Origin: Azolla caroliniana
Lineage: Eukaryota > Plantae > Polypodiophyta
DNA length: 64,000 nucleotides
Assembly: GCA_043228905.1 (NCBI GenBank)
Contig: JBHGNT010000084.1
Coordinates: 1-64,000 of the forward strand
Direction of reading: 5' to 3'
The notes under the pieces are model-generated. The model had not been told where the DNA came from. It did not search any database and saw only the letters and a list, made by a program, of their open reading frames with translations. Position 1 is the first letter of the stretch, and the number at the start of each line of letters is the position of its first letter. Both the position numbers and the translations under genes were made by a program. This document shows, in pieces, positions 1-11,640 of the stretch.

Positions 1-199
1 GATGTAATATTTTGTTAATTGCATGCAAATTTTTCTATTGACACTTAGTGACTATATTTTTAACGTGATCTAAAGTTCATTGATTAATTGTTTGACATCA
101 TTAAGAATTTTCATATTACATAATTGGTTTACTAGATCATATTCAAATGTATGCCAACTTAGCCACTACCTTTGAGATTGAGATCTCAAATGTTTTTAA

Positions 200-1950
200 C
201 AGTAACTTCTAGTGATATGAGAATTATGGTAAACACCTACAAAATAACAGGAGCCTTTATATTACATGATTGCAGGAGTTCCATGCAGATCACGTTTCTT
301 GAAATCACATTGAATGTGTAATTTGAGTATTGGAAAATAGGTACACAAATGAATATGGATATATAATTCTACTGATTATAAGATAGTTATTGAGTTGCCC
401 AAGCAATAGAATGGTTAAGGGGTGGTACCAACATGAACTCTGTGTATGTGTACACAAGATTTTTCTTGAGGGCTTGGACTATATCACCACATGTAGTTGG
501 AAGGATAGAGTTCAAAGTTTCTCAGATATTTTCTTAAAAAGGTCGTTGGCTTGTGCATGATCACCCTGTTCTTTTCTATCTTCATCAACATTTTAGAGTT
601 TTTTATTGGTTTCCAATCATGTGTTGTGATTAGGACATGGAAACTGGGACAATAAAAAAATCATCTAAGAACCTATATGAAGAATCATGAGTGTTTATAG
701 TCATTCAAAGAACTTATATGAAGAATCAGATATAAGAAAGCTTAAGGTTTATGAAATTGACCATTTGTGAGGTGAGAGATCTTCAAGATGCCAAGGTAGA
801 AGAATTGCTTAAATGTTTGGACAAATGATATGTTTAATCACGCATTACAAGGTGACATGCTCCACAATTGGAGCATAAATTGGATCAATTATGTAAACTG
901 TTATTGAACAATCTTGGCTAGCTCTCCAATGGCAAAGTTATTTAAATTTGAAATGGAAGCAAACTCAAGTGCATGAGTAAGGTTTCAAAAGTAACCTAAA
1001 CCATTCATCAAACTAGAGTCCTTAGGGAGGAAAGTCATTTGAATGGTAATTATTATATCATTGCTTTGTAGAAATCAAGAAGATTCCTAATAGGATGTTC
1101 CATCAACATCTTTAAAGATGCATGGAAGAAATCAAATTACCAATTGAATATATGCATGTAATTTCTCACATCGATAAGGTGATAAGAAATGGGCCAATTA
1201 GTTTGTACAACAAGTTAGCATTAAAGTCATTACATTAAGAATGCAATAATCATGATTTTTGTTAAGTGGTGCTTTTCACATATAATTTAGAAAGTTGAGC
1301 AAAAGGTTAACAATGTCTTTGAAAACTTCTCCATGCACTAACAAAAGATATAATTGTGAACCTCAAGATAAGGATACACCATGCTTTGTGTACGATAATG
1401 AGTCACTTAAAAGGGTAGAAGGCGTAAAAAATTTTAGGCCCAACATTCCAACCATTTATAGGTAGAATGAATGTGTAATTAATCGCTTGAAAGCGGAAAG
1501 AGGGTTTACTCTCTATTTGACAACATATGTAATGGAGGAGAAATGAAATGTTGGATTCTCAAGAAATATATTTTTGACCCATTGGTGACAATGAGCGTGG
1601 AGTATGGAGTCATGACATCTCCAAGTCATTTTGGAAGAGTTTGAAAAAGTCTAAAAAGCTTTCTTTTGAAGTTTTTTGAACTCATGGTACAAGTCCATAG
1701 AGACTTGTACTTGTTAAGACTAGATCACCACCCTCAGCATGAAGAGGATTGTAGAGTATGTGTTGAAGGTTTTCTAAAATCCTCACGTCGCCTTCTTGGA
1801 ATTGCATGGGAAAGGAGTATAAAGATTCAAACGGTATACAAAGGTAAAATTTTGAGTTCCCTATGAATGTAAAACATGAAAAGGTTTGGAAGATTATATG
1901 CATTACATTTGCTTCATGATGCATGAGTACATTCCTTAATCAATGAGTCT
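200..1950 (+). mobile_element. Highly decayed non-LTR retrotransposon (LINE, RTE/CR1-like ORF2 remnant)
   Basis: Broken frames near 1370-1620 read CFVYDNESLKRVEG...NICNGGEMKCWILKKYIFDPLV...YGV, resembling the post-RT region of LINE ORF2. Many stops and frameshifts; boundaries approximate. Confidence 0.45.
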
Positions 1951-2339
1951 CTTTTGCAACAACAATGTAACAAAAATTGGGTGAAATGTGGAGACTTATA
2001 CTTCACACCTGATATTACATATGTTGCGACAATATACAAAACTATCGTCTTCTTTGAATGGATAATTTGCACTTACCCATACACGTCTAGAGCTCATGGA
2101 CACCATTGCTTTTATACGAGTTTAGCTTGCATTCTCTTCCATGTGAAATGGGGCTTTGGGGCACAGGCAAAGAGACTTGTCAACTATGAATGTTTTGGTT
2201 CAAAGAAGTTCACGAGTTTGAGAATCATACTTCACTACAATGCTTCACATTCAATCAAATTTGACTTTGATTTTCCCCACATTTTTTCACTTGGACTTAT
2301 CTTCATGCACATTTCTTTCTTTCAGTCGCAGTCTACCAT

Positions 2340-2660
2340 CCCAAATTGCAACGTCCATTAGTAAAATTCTTAAACATGGAGATCTATTAATCAACTCAAA
2401 ATAGACAACGTGAAAAATTTTCACTTTGGTCTCACAAGTCATATTTACTTTACTTACACTTTACTATAATGATTCACTTTTAACCACATTCGAGTTTGAT
2501 TTTCTTGCGTGTTTTACTCAAACCTATCCTCACACACATATTTCTCTCTCGGTCACAATCCACACTCTTAATTGCAATGTTCATTAGAATAAGTCTTACA
2601 ACTCCAAACAGACTATGTGAAAATGTTTCACCTTGGTTTCATAGTTCATATTTGACCTAA
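2340..2660. repeat. Diverged direct repeat (~230-bp spacing)
   Basis: AATTGCAACGTCCATTAG...AACTCAAAATAGACAACGTGAAAAATTTTCACTTTGGT (~2344-2430) recurs as AATTGCAATGTTCATTAG...AACTCCAAACAGACTATGTGAAAATGTTTCACCTTGGT (~2570-2638). Confidence 0.6.
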
Positions 2661-3741
2661 GAGAACAATAATTAAATCCATCTCTCTATGCACTATTCCT
2701 TTCTATTGACAAGTCATAATCAACACTTTGAGAATGGATCAATGATGAGACATCATTAGAGAATATTATAATCTACATACTTTTCCTTAAGAAATTGAGG
2801 ATAGTCAACATGAAGCATTCGTGACCAATTGAAAATGTTTTTCCACTTTCAATTATCCAATGCATCCAAGTTGGACACACCAAATCCCTACCTTTTCGTC
2901 ACATATATGTCCACCCTATTTGAGCTTATGAGTATGCTTAAGAAAAGCCACATGTGGATATACGTTGTGTATCAACAGAGGAGACTCACTTGTAACATTT
3001 TTTCCAATTCTAATAGGTCAAAGATTTTGTCCTCCATAACACCTTTTTCAAGCAATAAGGATCATCCAATCATTTTCCAGTTATTCTCTCTCTCTCTCTC
3101 TCTAAAATGTACACAGAAACACATTAAATGCATGACCAATATGATCCGGTGAGCTTTTGGCATTTCCAATTTTATGTAAGGTTACATACCCATGTTTATT
3201 TGTGTTGCTTTTATTGTGGAGAGTTTATTTTCCACATTTCCTATTTTGAGATGAAGTTAGAACACGGTTACACCTTAAGAAATTAACAAGAAGGTTATAA
3301 CTTACGCGTTAAGAAGTTGACAAGCATAACACACATTATAGTCGAGCTCAATGGCAACCATGCAACAAGGACTACCGGTAACTTATAATAATTCCCTCAT
3401 TGCACATTAGTCACTAGACTAATAGTATTGGGTACCAATGCCAATCATTCAAAGGTACATGATTGCATGATAAACCATTGTGTTGTGCTTTATTGTTAGT
3501 GTTGGAAAGACAACAATATGCATAAGAACATATTAGTTTTTCTTTTCCGATTATCAAACTTAGAACATCGTGGTACATTGGGCAATACCATTAACTAGCT
3601 AAGCTGAACATAAACCATCTCTCTCTCTCAGAAAATAATTTCCCTCTTCATTTTCGTTTATAATTAGCTTTGCAAGTAAGACTAGACAAGGAATGAGTAG
3701 AAAATGATAAGAAGTGTTTGTGTGTGAGAGGGAACTAGTTA

Positions 3742-3744
<3 letters not shown>

Positions 3745-3790
<46 letters not shown>
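3745..3790. repeat. (GA)n microsatellite
   Basis: Run of about 22 GA units. Confidence 0.95.
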
Positions 3791-3793
<3 letters not shown>

Positions 3794-4249
3794 TCATGGG
3801 TTTATAATTATTTGTTCTCATTTGTTGTGGAGACCTTCATGGTTTCATGTCAATATAACTTTTAGAGGTGTCATATTCAAAACCTAGATAGTGCAAGAGA
3901 ATATGTAACTTTGTTCCTTCTTTATCTTATTTATTTATTTATTTATATTTATATAAAGAATACTAAATATGTAGTGATATAGCACATGTCAATGATTTTT
4001 GACCGATAATAGTAAAGTACAAACTCCTGCAAGTGGGCATACTTTCTTTCTCAAAAGAAACCTTTTTTCAATTTGATGGTTTTGGCAAAAAAAACAAATT
4101 TTGTATATCAACTTTTAGTGATTTCATAACGATTGGAGCTCCTTTGATTTTCTTACTTTTTTCTACTCATTAGGAAAGGGTCATTCTTCTATTCTCTCCT
4201 TTTCTACATCATTTGGAAAGTTCTTGGAATGTGGTAAAAGGTCTGGCAC

Positions 4250-4975
4250 ACATATCATGTTCCTCACACAATTATCACCAAATTTTGGCAAAATACCTAG
4301 AAACAACATCACGCTAGGCAAATTACCACATTCCAATGACTATTAATACATAAGGCACTACCTGTTGGAGTGTGGCAGCGTGGGAACCTTAGCACTCCTA
4401 ATTGTGTAGCATGCCCGAATGCAACAGAATCAATCCGACACGCTCTGTGGGAATGCCTAGAGACCCATCGAATATGGCAGGGGGTTGGCCACCTATTGCA
4501 ATTATGCTAGGTGCAAGGCACAATCAAGTGGGGAAATTTATGTTGGTTATCATGACAGCCCCAGTTGACAGGTACAAGCATCAGGAGGAGAGGATGACTT
4601 TGGTGATAAAACCACAAGAGGTTTTTTTTTTCCACCATCGACAATATCCACCCAACTCCTATTACTTCTAAATCTCAAGTTGTGTTGGAATTGGTCAGCC
4701 CAATAACTCTTTGGACTCTATGGAAACAACGGTGTAGATGGGTCTTCTTTAACCAAACTGCACATCCAACAATGTTAATGCAAGAGATATGGAGTGAAAT
4801 TGTACCCACTCTAAAGAGCCAATACAATGTCCTCAAAGGCGGCTCCGATGGAGTTGAAAGATAATGACTAGCCTTTATCCAACAATGGTCATCCTCTCCC
4901 TTTCAATAGTCAATGGGCATCCACATAAGATGGAACTATCATCCCTACAAAGATTTGCATATTAACACCCCCATC
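4250..4975 (+). mobile_element. L1-like LINE 3' fragment (zf-RVT / ORF2 C-terminus), copy 1
   Basis: Translation around 4400-4480 gives CVAC...ESIRHALWEC...IW, a zf-RVT-type CCHC motif, followed by ITLWTLWKQRCRWVF. Clearly homologous to 15760-16140. Confidence 0.7.
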
Positions 4976-5029
4976 TTAAAAATTTTATAACTAATGGAAG
5001 GAGTTTAAAAAAGAAAAGGAAAAATTGAT

Positions 5030-6260
5030 TCCAATGAAAACACATAGGATATGTTGCTTCATGTGTCTCTCAATCACATATCAATTTGGTCACAAATGGG
5101 AAGACATTGGGATCACGGTAATAAAGCCTTCATATACGTCAGATACCATATCCCAACAAGCACTGAATGCCCCAATATACATAACTTTACAATCTCATTT
5201 GTTTCCTTATATCAACGAACAACAAAGTCCACGATCGGATTTTCTAACTCACAAGTGCGCATAGTTTTTAAGAAAATCATGGTTTCAAGGTCACAATTGC
5301 GTGATATTGTAAAACTCTAAGATTTATATATGCTTTTATGTGACTTCATACCATTGGAGAACCCATTGTGATTTTCTTGCCTTTCTGGTAAGAATAGCAT
5401 ATAGGTAGTTCTTTATTTTGTTTGTAATTTATCCCCTCTTTTTGTGAGAAAACGTATTTCTCAAATTTCTTCCAAAAGTGAACTTGCAATGGCACACCTT
5501 TATGTATGACATAGTTTCAACAGGATGGGAGTGGTCTACCAAAGAATGTGATTGTAGCTAATTCCAATGAAGAGGTTCTAATTGCGAGAAAATCGACGTC
5601 TTTCATACAATACCAAGTTGATAACTTATTGGTTCGAATTACTCCATGTCATTCTCTTTGTGTTTCTGCCAATAAGTTATCAACTTGGTGATGAATGGGG
5701 ATTTCCATAATTATCCAACATGTATGTTAAACACTACAACACAAAAGTGAGTGGTCAAACATTAGGTTTCATATTGTTGCCCATGTCAACTACCATCTTG
5801 CTCCATTGTTAGATTTTCTTTTCTGGCTCTAGTAGCATTTGTAAAGTTTCGTGCAAGCGTATGGATATGTATTCCTAGGTTTGAAATATCTAACCCATTA
5901 CATAACAACAATGTGCAAAGAGTTATATGAGAGGTTGGCCAAAATCTTTGATTGCATAATGGCAAAAGTCATTGAAAAAGATATTAGTGGGTCATATAGT
6001 GTCCTTTCAAATCAAGATAGGTGCATATTTGTAGTGACCAGGTAGGTTGAAGGCACTTCCATAACACAATAACTTCCAATCAATTCACAAATGTTTTCAT
6101 CGGTGCACATTTTAATGAGGGATTACTTGAAACATACCGCAAAAGTATTCAATAAGTTAAAAAGGCTTCATCTAATTTTAGTTCACAAGTTTATTGTGGT
6201 GATTCATGAAAGTGAATTGAATGATTGCCAAAACGATAAAAAAGTTTAAATCGATAAGAG
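5030..6260 (+). mobile_element. Decayed Ty3/Gypsy integrase-like fragments
   Basis: Fragmentary frames resemble integrase segments (MCKE zinc-binding part, YIFVVT-like stretch before a WVEA-type motif, WD..KAF.Y). Heavily degenerate. Confidence 0.35.
5612..5689. repeat. Perfect 21-bp inverted repeat with 36-nt spacer (hairpin)
   Basis: ACCAAGTTGATAACTTATTGG (5612-5632) is the exact reverse complement of CCAATAAGTTATCAACTTGGT (5669-5689). Confidence 0.9.
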
Positions 6261-6699
6261 CTCCCTCCACATGGAGGATAAATCCATGCATCACTTACTA
6301 TATCCGTATGTGTATGTGTTGCTTGGTGCTTGGGTTCATGGTCATTCTCACAATAACTTTAATAGACCAAAGTCCTTAGTTATTATACTGACTCATATTC
6401 ATGGATGCCATTCTCACAATCACTTTATTAGAATAGACAACACTAGGAATAGATCCAATTATTATCTCTCCAAATTTAGTATATATAGCTATAACTACAT
6501 ATCATCAAATTGTAAATTAATTGGAAGCAATAAATTTAGGGCGGCCTTTGTGTTTGTTGTCAATGAGAAGCAGTTAATGGCCCTTTACCTGATCACATAA
6601 TTTTAGCTATTGATTTCTGATTAAAAATGAACTCACGCCATGCACATTTTATTTACACCCTCGCGTTAAGGAGAGTGACTACCCCTTGCCTATGCCTAT

Positions 6700-6836
6700 G
6701 CAACCAACTTAACCATTTATTGAATAAACTTTTACCAAACTTTAGTGCTTTTTTATAGCAAAATTTCCCTCTAGTGGGCTAGTGCAACCAACTCAACCAT
6801 TTGTTGAATAAACGTTACCAAACTTCAGTGCTTTTA
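6700..6836. repeat. Short direct duplication (~55-bp unit, ~85-bp spacing)
   Basis: GCAACCAACTTAACCATTTATTGAATAAACTTTTACCAAACTTTAGTGCTTTT recurs as GCAACCAACTCAACCATTTGTTGAATAAACGTTACCAAACTTCAGTGCTTTT. Confidence 0.8.
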
Positions 6837-7666
6837 ATTGCAAGTTTACAATCAATGGATCATTTAGTTTCTTTCAATTCCTCTTGTTGGGTTTTACTCA
6901 CTGTTAGGAGAGACATCTCCTAGATGAAACAATTTCATTTCAATAATAGGAAGGTTTGATCAATCTCTCTCTATCACTTATATACATATAGAGATCCCAA
7001 AATATTGGCATCTCTCCTTAATGAGAAAACTTGATATACTATCTCTATCCTTTGTAAATTTTATTAGAGAAAACCTAGACTATTTATTTTGTGACTCGTT
7101 AGATAATGTCAACAAATCGAAGCTTTATACAATGTCAACAAAACCTCGTTTACATGTTATTTTTTTATAGAGTCGAGGACCTTTTCAATTGTATTTTTTT
7201 TAGTCATTGTTGTCTTTTAGTAGGGTTATGTATTTGATCAATTGATAGCTACTTCTTCAAGCTACTTATGCTACCTCAAGAAACAATATGCCAACTATGC
7301 GTGTGTATGTGTTTGGTAGAGGCTCGTTATCAAGAATAAGAGAGCCACAAGGGCAAATGAATATTGGAGTATATGCACTAATGGGCATTAAAAAAGATGT
7401 TGCTACCCCCTGTGACTATAAGAAGGCCGAGATTGATAAAATATATCATGGTCAAGAGTGTGACTCATGTACCCCAAGAAATAGGAGGTCACGAAGATAT
7501 TGGGGTCAAGACAAATCACACAAAACAAAACATGTGACACCGAAAGTTGGAGTTGCGAGCGAGCATAGATGTTAAGATAATTCATAGGACGCGAAGCTTT
7601 GGTCAGGAGTCTATGGATCTATGGAGGGGGCAAAAACTCTCCAAGGAGGTGTGAAAAGGAAGCTAT

Positions 7667-9780
7667 TTATAGTTGCCATGCAAGCAAAGGGGTTCCGTTA
7701 GACATGCTCGTGGTTGTGAAAACTTGTCGAGTGTAATTCCGGAGAGAAGTGTCAACCACTTCGCAAAAATTGGTTTCCCAATTGGGTGGCTTGACATCCT
7801 TAGACCCTAGCCCAGGTGTCCTATCCTTGGACCCCATGTTCTTGTGCTCCGTCCAATCTACTACATAGGCCGAGACACGGCGGTGAAATTTCTTCCGGAA
7901 CTCCAGCCACGCTTGGAATTTGTAGTGATTCACGATGGCCAGTGAGCTTGACAGCCGAATCGTGCGGAATTCAGGCTGTAGATTGAAATGATGGACGACA
8001 TTGTGAAGGTCATGCCCCACGGCCTCTAGACGGACGAGAGACTTGTGGCGTTGCTCTAATTTGACACGGCATGTGTAGCCTTGGGTGACACCGTCGGCCG
8101 GGTGTGAAACAAGGCCAGAGGGACCGAAGTCACGGCAGTTCATCGAAATCTGCCCGACGTTGTGGTCGATTGCCTGGCTGCCCGAGATGAGTTGGCGGAG
8201 TGGGGATTCTCTACCATTGGTCGGGGGAAGGAACCGGGGGGCGTACAAGAACTCGTCCACATCGGTGAAGAGCGTCCACTTGCATGTGGATCGGGTGGCC
8301 ACGACACAGTGGGACAAGCCGGCCTCCTGGGTCTTGGGCCAAGGCCAAGGGTACCTGGTGGTGCCAATGTCTCGGCCCGACAGCCATCCCAATGCCTCGT
8401 CCAGCTCGTCCTCGCTATTGTTGTCGTAAAAGACGAACTTGTCCACGCCCAAATGCGCGTGGTACACGCCCCACTCTTTCACGAACTTGGCCACGTTGTA
8501 GACCATGGTGCAGGCACAGACCATACCCGAATCTCCGTCCGTGGACATCTCCGCATCATCTCGAATGCTCGAAACATTGGTATTGTCGACAACATTGATT
8601 CGGTCGGCCATTCGTGGTAGTGGTGGTGGTCCATGATCTTTGGCTAGAATCGGATGGTAATTAGGGGCATAGTAGACCACAGAATCCATCAATTTGCCGG
8701 CCCATCTTAATGTGACGGGTGCCCCGTCGAGCGGCGCTCTCAACTCCTCGGCCGGGTGCTCGCACCGGAACACCTCTTGAGCAGATTGGGTCACTCGCGT
8801 GGTCACGGCCGGCTGCCTCTCCGACCCGGACCCGGACCCGTACACGCATTCGAGGTCCGCCGGATCCACATTCTTGCCTTGCCTGCTATTCACGCCTTTC
8901 GCGAACAAAACCACGTCGTCTTCCGTCTGCCATATCTCGAAGACCAGAGAGCTCCACAGTTTCATCGGGCTGGGCGACTGCGATGATGAGGAGGAGGAGG
9001 AGGAGGATGCGAATTCGGCGAATTCGGCAGAAGAATCCGACGACGGAATCTTCTGTTGGATCGAGGAATCCGATGGAATCTTCTGTTGGATAATCACCGG
9101 AACCGGCATCATCGATCTTACTGAATATTCCTCCTCGTCTGAATCTTCCGAAGAGCTTGAGCTTTCCATGGTGGGGCTCCGGCAGCGGATCATCATCATA
9201 GCGTGGCCTCTTTGGACATAATCCAGTGCAGAGACCCTGGTTGTGATATTATTGCTCACCTGGTGGAAGAAGCAGGCAAGGTTTTCTTTGGCTGGAATAA
9301 GCGGCTCATGATTAGTATCATCTGACCATGATGAGGCAGGATATCCATTGCTAGAATTGCTAATTTGGGGCAATCGGATTATTATGAGCAATTCACTGTC
9401 AGGCAGCAACACCACGTCTTGGATTAGTGGTTTTAGGGATTCATCCTTTCCTGACTCTGGTTTTAGGGCTCCATCAAATTTCCACCCTGGTTTTAGGGCT
9501 CCTTCTATTTTTGAAGGCGGATTTAGAGACGTTCCACCCGTCTTTTTCTTTGACGAGGGCGAGGGTGGCTTAATTACTACCCTGTCTCTCTTCTTCTTCT
9601 TCGGACCCTTCAGGGAGGAGGGTGGTTTAATTAGGGCTCCATCGATGGTCTTCCTCTTTGACAAGGAGCGCGGTTTTGGGGTTTGATCGGTCTTCCCTGT
9701 GAGCTTGTTAATTACTGAATCATATTGAAGCAAGAGAGGATTACGGCCCAAATTGGATGCTATTTTGTGATTAGGGTTTC
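7667..9780 (-). CDS. Glycosyltransferase family 92 (DUF23) protein, exon 2 (stem and catalytic domain); full CDS join(10116..10293, 7667..9780), ~763 aa
   Basis: Long open frame with GT92 motifs: VCACTMVYNVAKFVKEWGVYHAHLGVDKFVFYDNNSED, WPWPKTQEAGLSHC, WTLFTDVDEFLY (DxD), FGPSG, VTQGYTCR, RHKSLV, NVVHHF, NHYKFQAW.EF..KFHRRVSAYVVDW. Acceptor ttttgcAG at 9781-9782 joins in phase 1 (G|GA AAC CCT) to exon 1. Resembles the At1g27200-type clade rather than GALS. Confidence 0.93.
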
Positions 9781-10115
9781 CTGCAAAAGGTTAACATGAA
9801 ACCCTAAAAATTAGAGATCTTAATTAAGACATTGATCAAGCCTCAATCATTGGAAACCTCAACCGAAACCTCGGTAATTTACAAGTAATTTACAAAATTC
9901 TTATTATTAATTTAAACATTCAAGATACAATCCTTGATTAGTCAAAACCCTATGCTTTAACCCCTAAGGCTATATAAGACCTATTCCATCCTAATTCGTT
10001 GATTAAATAGACCTTATGCTAAATCAATGAACCTTAATCGATATCATCTTAATTGTAGATAGATTAATTCACCAGTAAGCAATCATTTGATCCAGTGATT
10101 GCTACTAATGCTTAC

Positions 10116-10293
10116 CTTGCCAGTACGTTGAATCTAAAATCGAGGAGAATCCGATCGTAAGGCAGAGGATCGATATGATAAGCACCGAAATGAATCGCCG
10201 ATTATTAAGACTGGACTTCAAGCATTGATCTGGTTTATTAATGGTTGGTCTTTTGCGTGTAATATTCAGCATGGTTCTGAGATTATTGAACAT
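10116..10293 (-). CDS. GT92 protein exon 1 (cytosolic tail and type II signal anchor)
   Basis: ATG at 10293, basic N-tail, then hydrophobic FISVLIISILCLTIGFSSIL. Donor CAAG|GTAAG at 10116/10115. The 178-nt exon (phase 1) matches the exon 2 acceptor. Confidence 0.88.
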
Positions 10294-10689
10294 GGTAGTG
10301 ATGAAGATTTAACGCGAAATGAAGGCGCAAGCAGTAGTAAACAACTGTCTAATTAGATAGCATATGAAGGAAGATAAATTGAGAGGATGATGAGGTTGGG
10401 GGAATCAGGAGAAGATTACAAAATGTGTAAAAAACAGTGAATAAAAAATGGCATGAGGATTTTCAACACATGATTTAGGGGCTAATTGGGTGATTAGGAG
10501 AGTAATGAGATGAGATTAGAGGGATAGATTGTTTCGATGGTGGATGGATATTAGAGGAGATGGTATTGAGTAAGGTGGGAGGAAACGTTATTGGAAGCAG
10601 AATTTCCAGTGTTTCTCCTCTCTTTCTTTGTACACAGGAGGAGGTGGGGGGGGGTTAAAAGAGGGGGAATCAAAAAAAGGAATTTACTT

Positions 10690-10692
10690 ACA

Positions 10693-10738
<46 letters not shown>

Positions 10739-11117
10739 GGGTGGTGCTCAGAGAGCAGAATTGGGAAGGAAGTAGAATGAAATAGCGACGGATTTTGTTG
10801 ATTTAATTTTCCTTGAATTTGGGGTTGGGGGGGGCGGGGGGACAAAAAAGTAAAAACACAGAAAATAAGACGCACACGAGCGCGCCGGGCGCCTCTCCCT
10901 GTCTCTCAATACAAATTACAATACACTAATTACAACAGTAGTAGTAGTAGCAATAAGAAAAGAAGAAGAAGAAGAAGAAGAAGAAGACAGCAGAGCAGGG
11001 ATGGGGTCACACGAAAATGCACGCAGACACACACACAACCAGAATTGGCGTCGCCGTCCCTCGTGTTCTTATTATTTCTCATGCTCTCTCTGAGAGAGGA
11101 GAGACAGGCAGGGTTTT

Positions 11118-11148
<31 letters not shown>

Positions 11149-11238
11149 GCGAGAGGAGGAGGAGGTCAACAGTTTCTTGAAAGAGAAAGCCAACACACAC
11201 ACGCGCACACAGAGACAGACAGACAAGAGAGAGAAAAT

Positions 11239-11269
<31 letters not shown>

Positions 11270-11640
11270 AAGAGTCTTTGGATTGATGTTATTTGTTCAT
11301 ATGTGTCATCACTCACTCACTCTCTCTCTCTTTCTTTCTTTCTCTCTCTCTCTCTCTCTATATATATGTAATATATATATATATCATATATGTATATATA
11401 AATAATCCCATTCAACTCTGGCTCACCCTCTTTGTGTGTGTGCTCTTTCGTATCCCATTCATTCACACACACACACACACACAGTGACTTGCCCCCCCCC
11501 CCCCTCCCCTCACATTTCTTGGCCCTTCCCCATACACACACATATTATACACTACTTCTATCCTCCATAGGCCTCCACTTTTAAAAACCCTCTATTTGTT
11601 CCTTTTGTCTCCCCATTTCCTTCTTCCACACACACACATG
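10690..11640 (-). promoter_or_regulatory. GT92 5' UTR/promoter region rich in (GA/CT)n, (GAA)n, (CA)n and (TA)n
   Basis: Dense simple repeats directly upstream of the start codon, CT-rich on the coding strand as is typical of plant 5' UTRs. TSS not determinable. Confidence 0.5.

Noticed and set aside
6891-7030. Possible ~140-bp MITE (GTTTTACTCA..TAGGAGAGA / TCTCTCCTTAATGAGAAAAC)
   Set aside because: Imperfect inverted ends, no TSD and no second copy in the window.
8085-9686. Several plus-strand and alternate-frame ORFs overlapping GT92
   Set aside because: Shadow ORFs of a GC-rich coding exon; no independent protein features.
10591-11541. ORFs rich in ER/SL/HT dipeptides (also 42228-42752 and 44431-45379)
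   Set aside because: Translations of GA/CT/CA/GAA microsatellites, not proteins.
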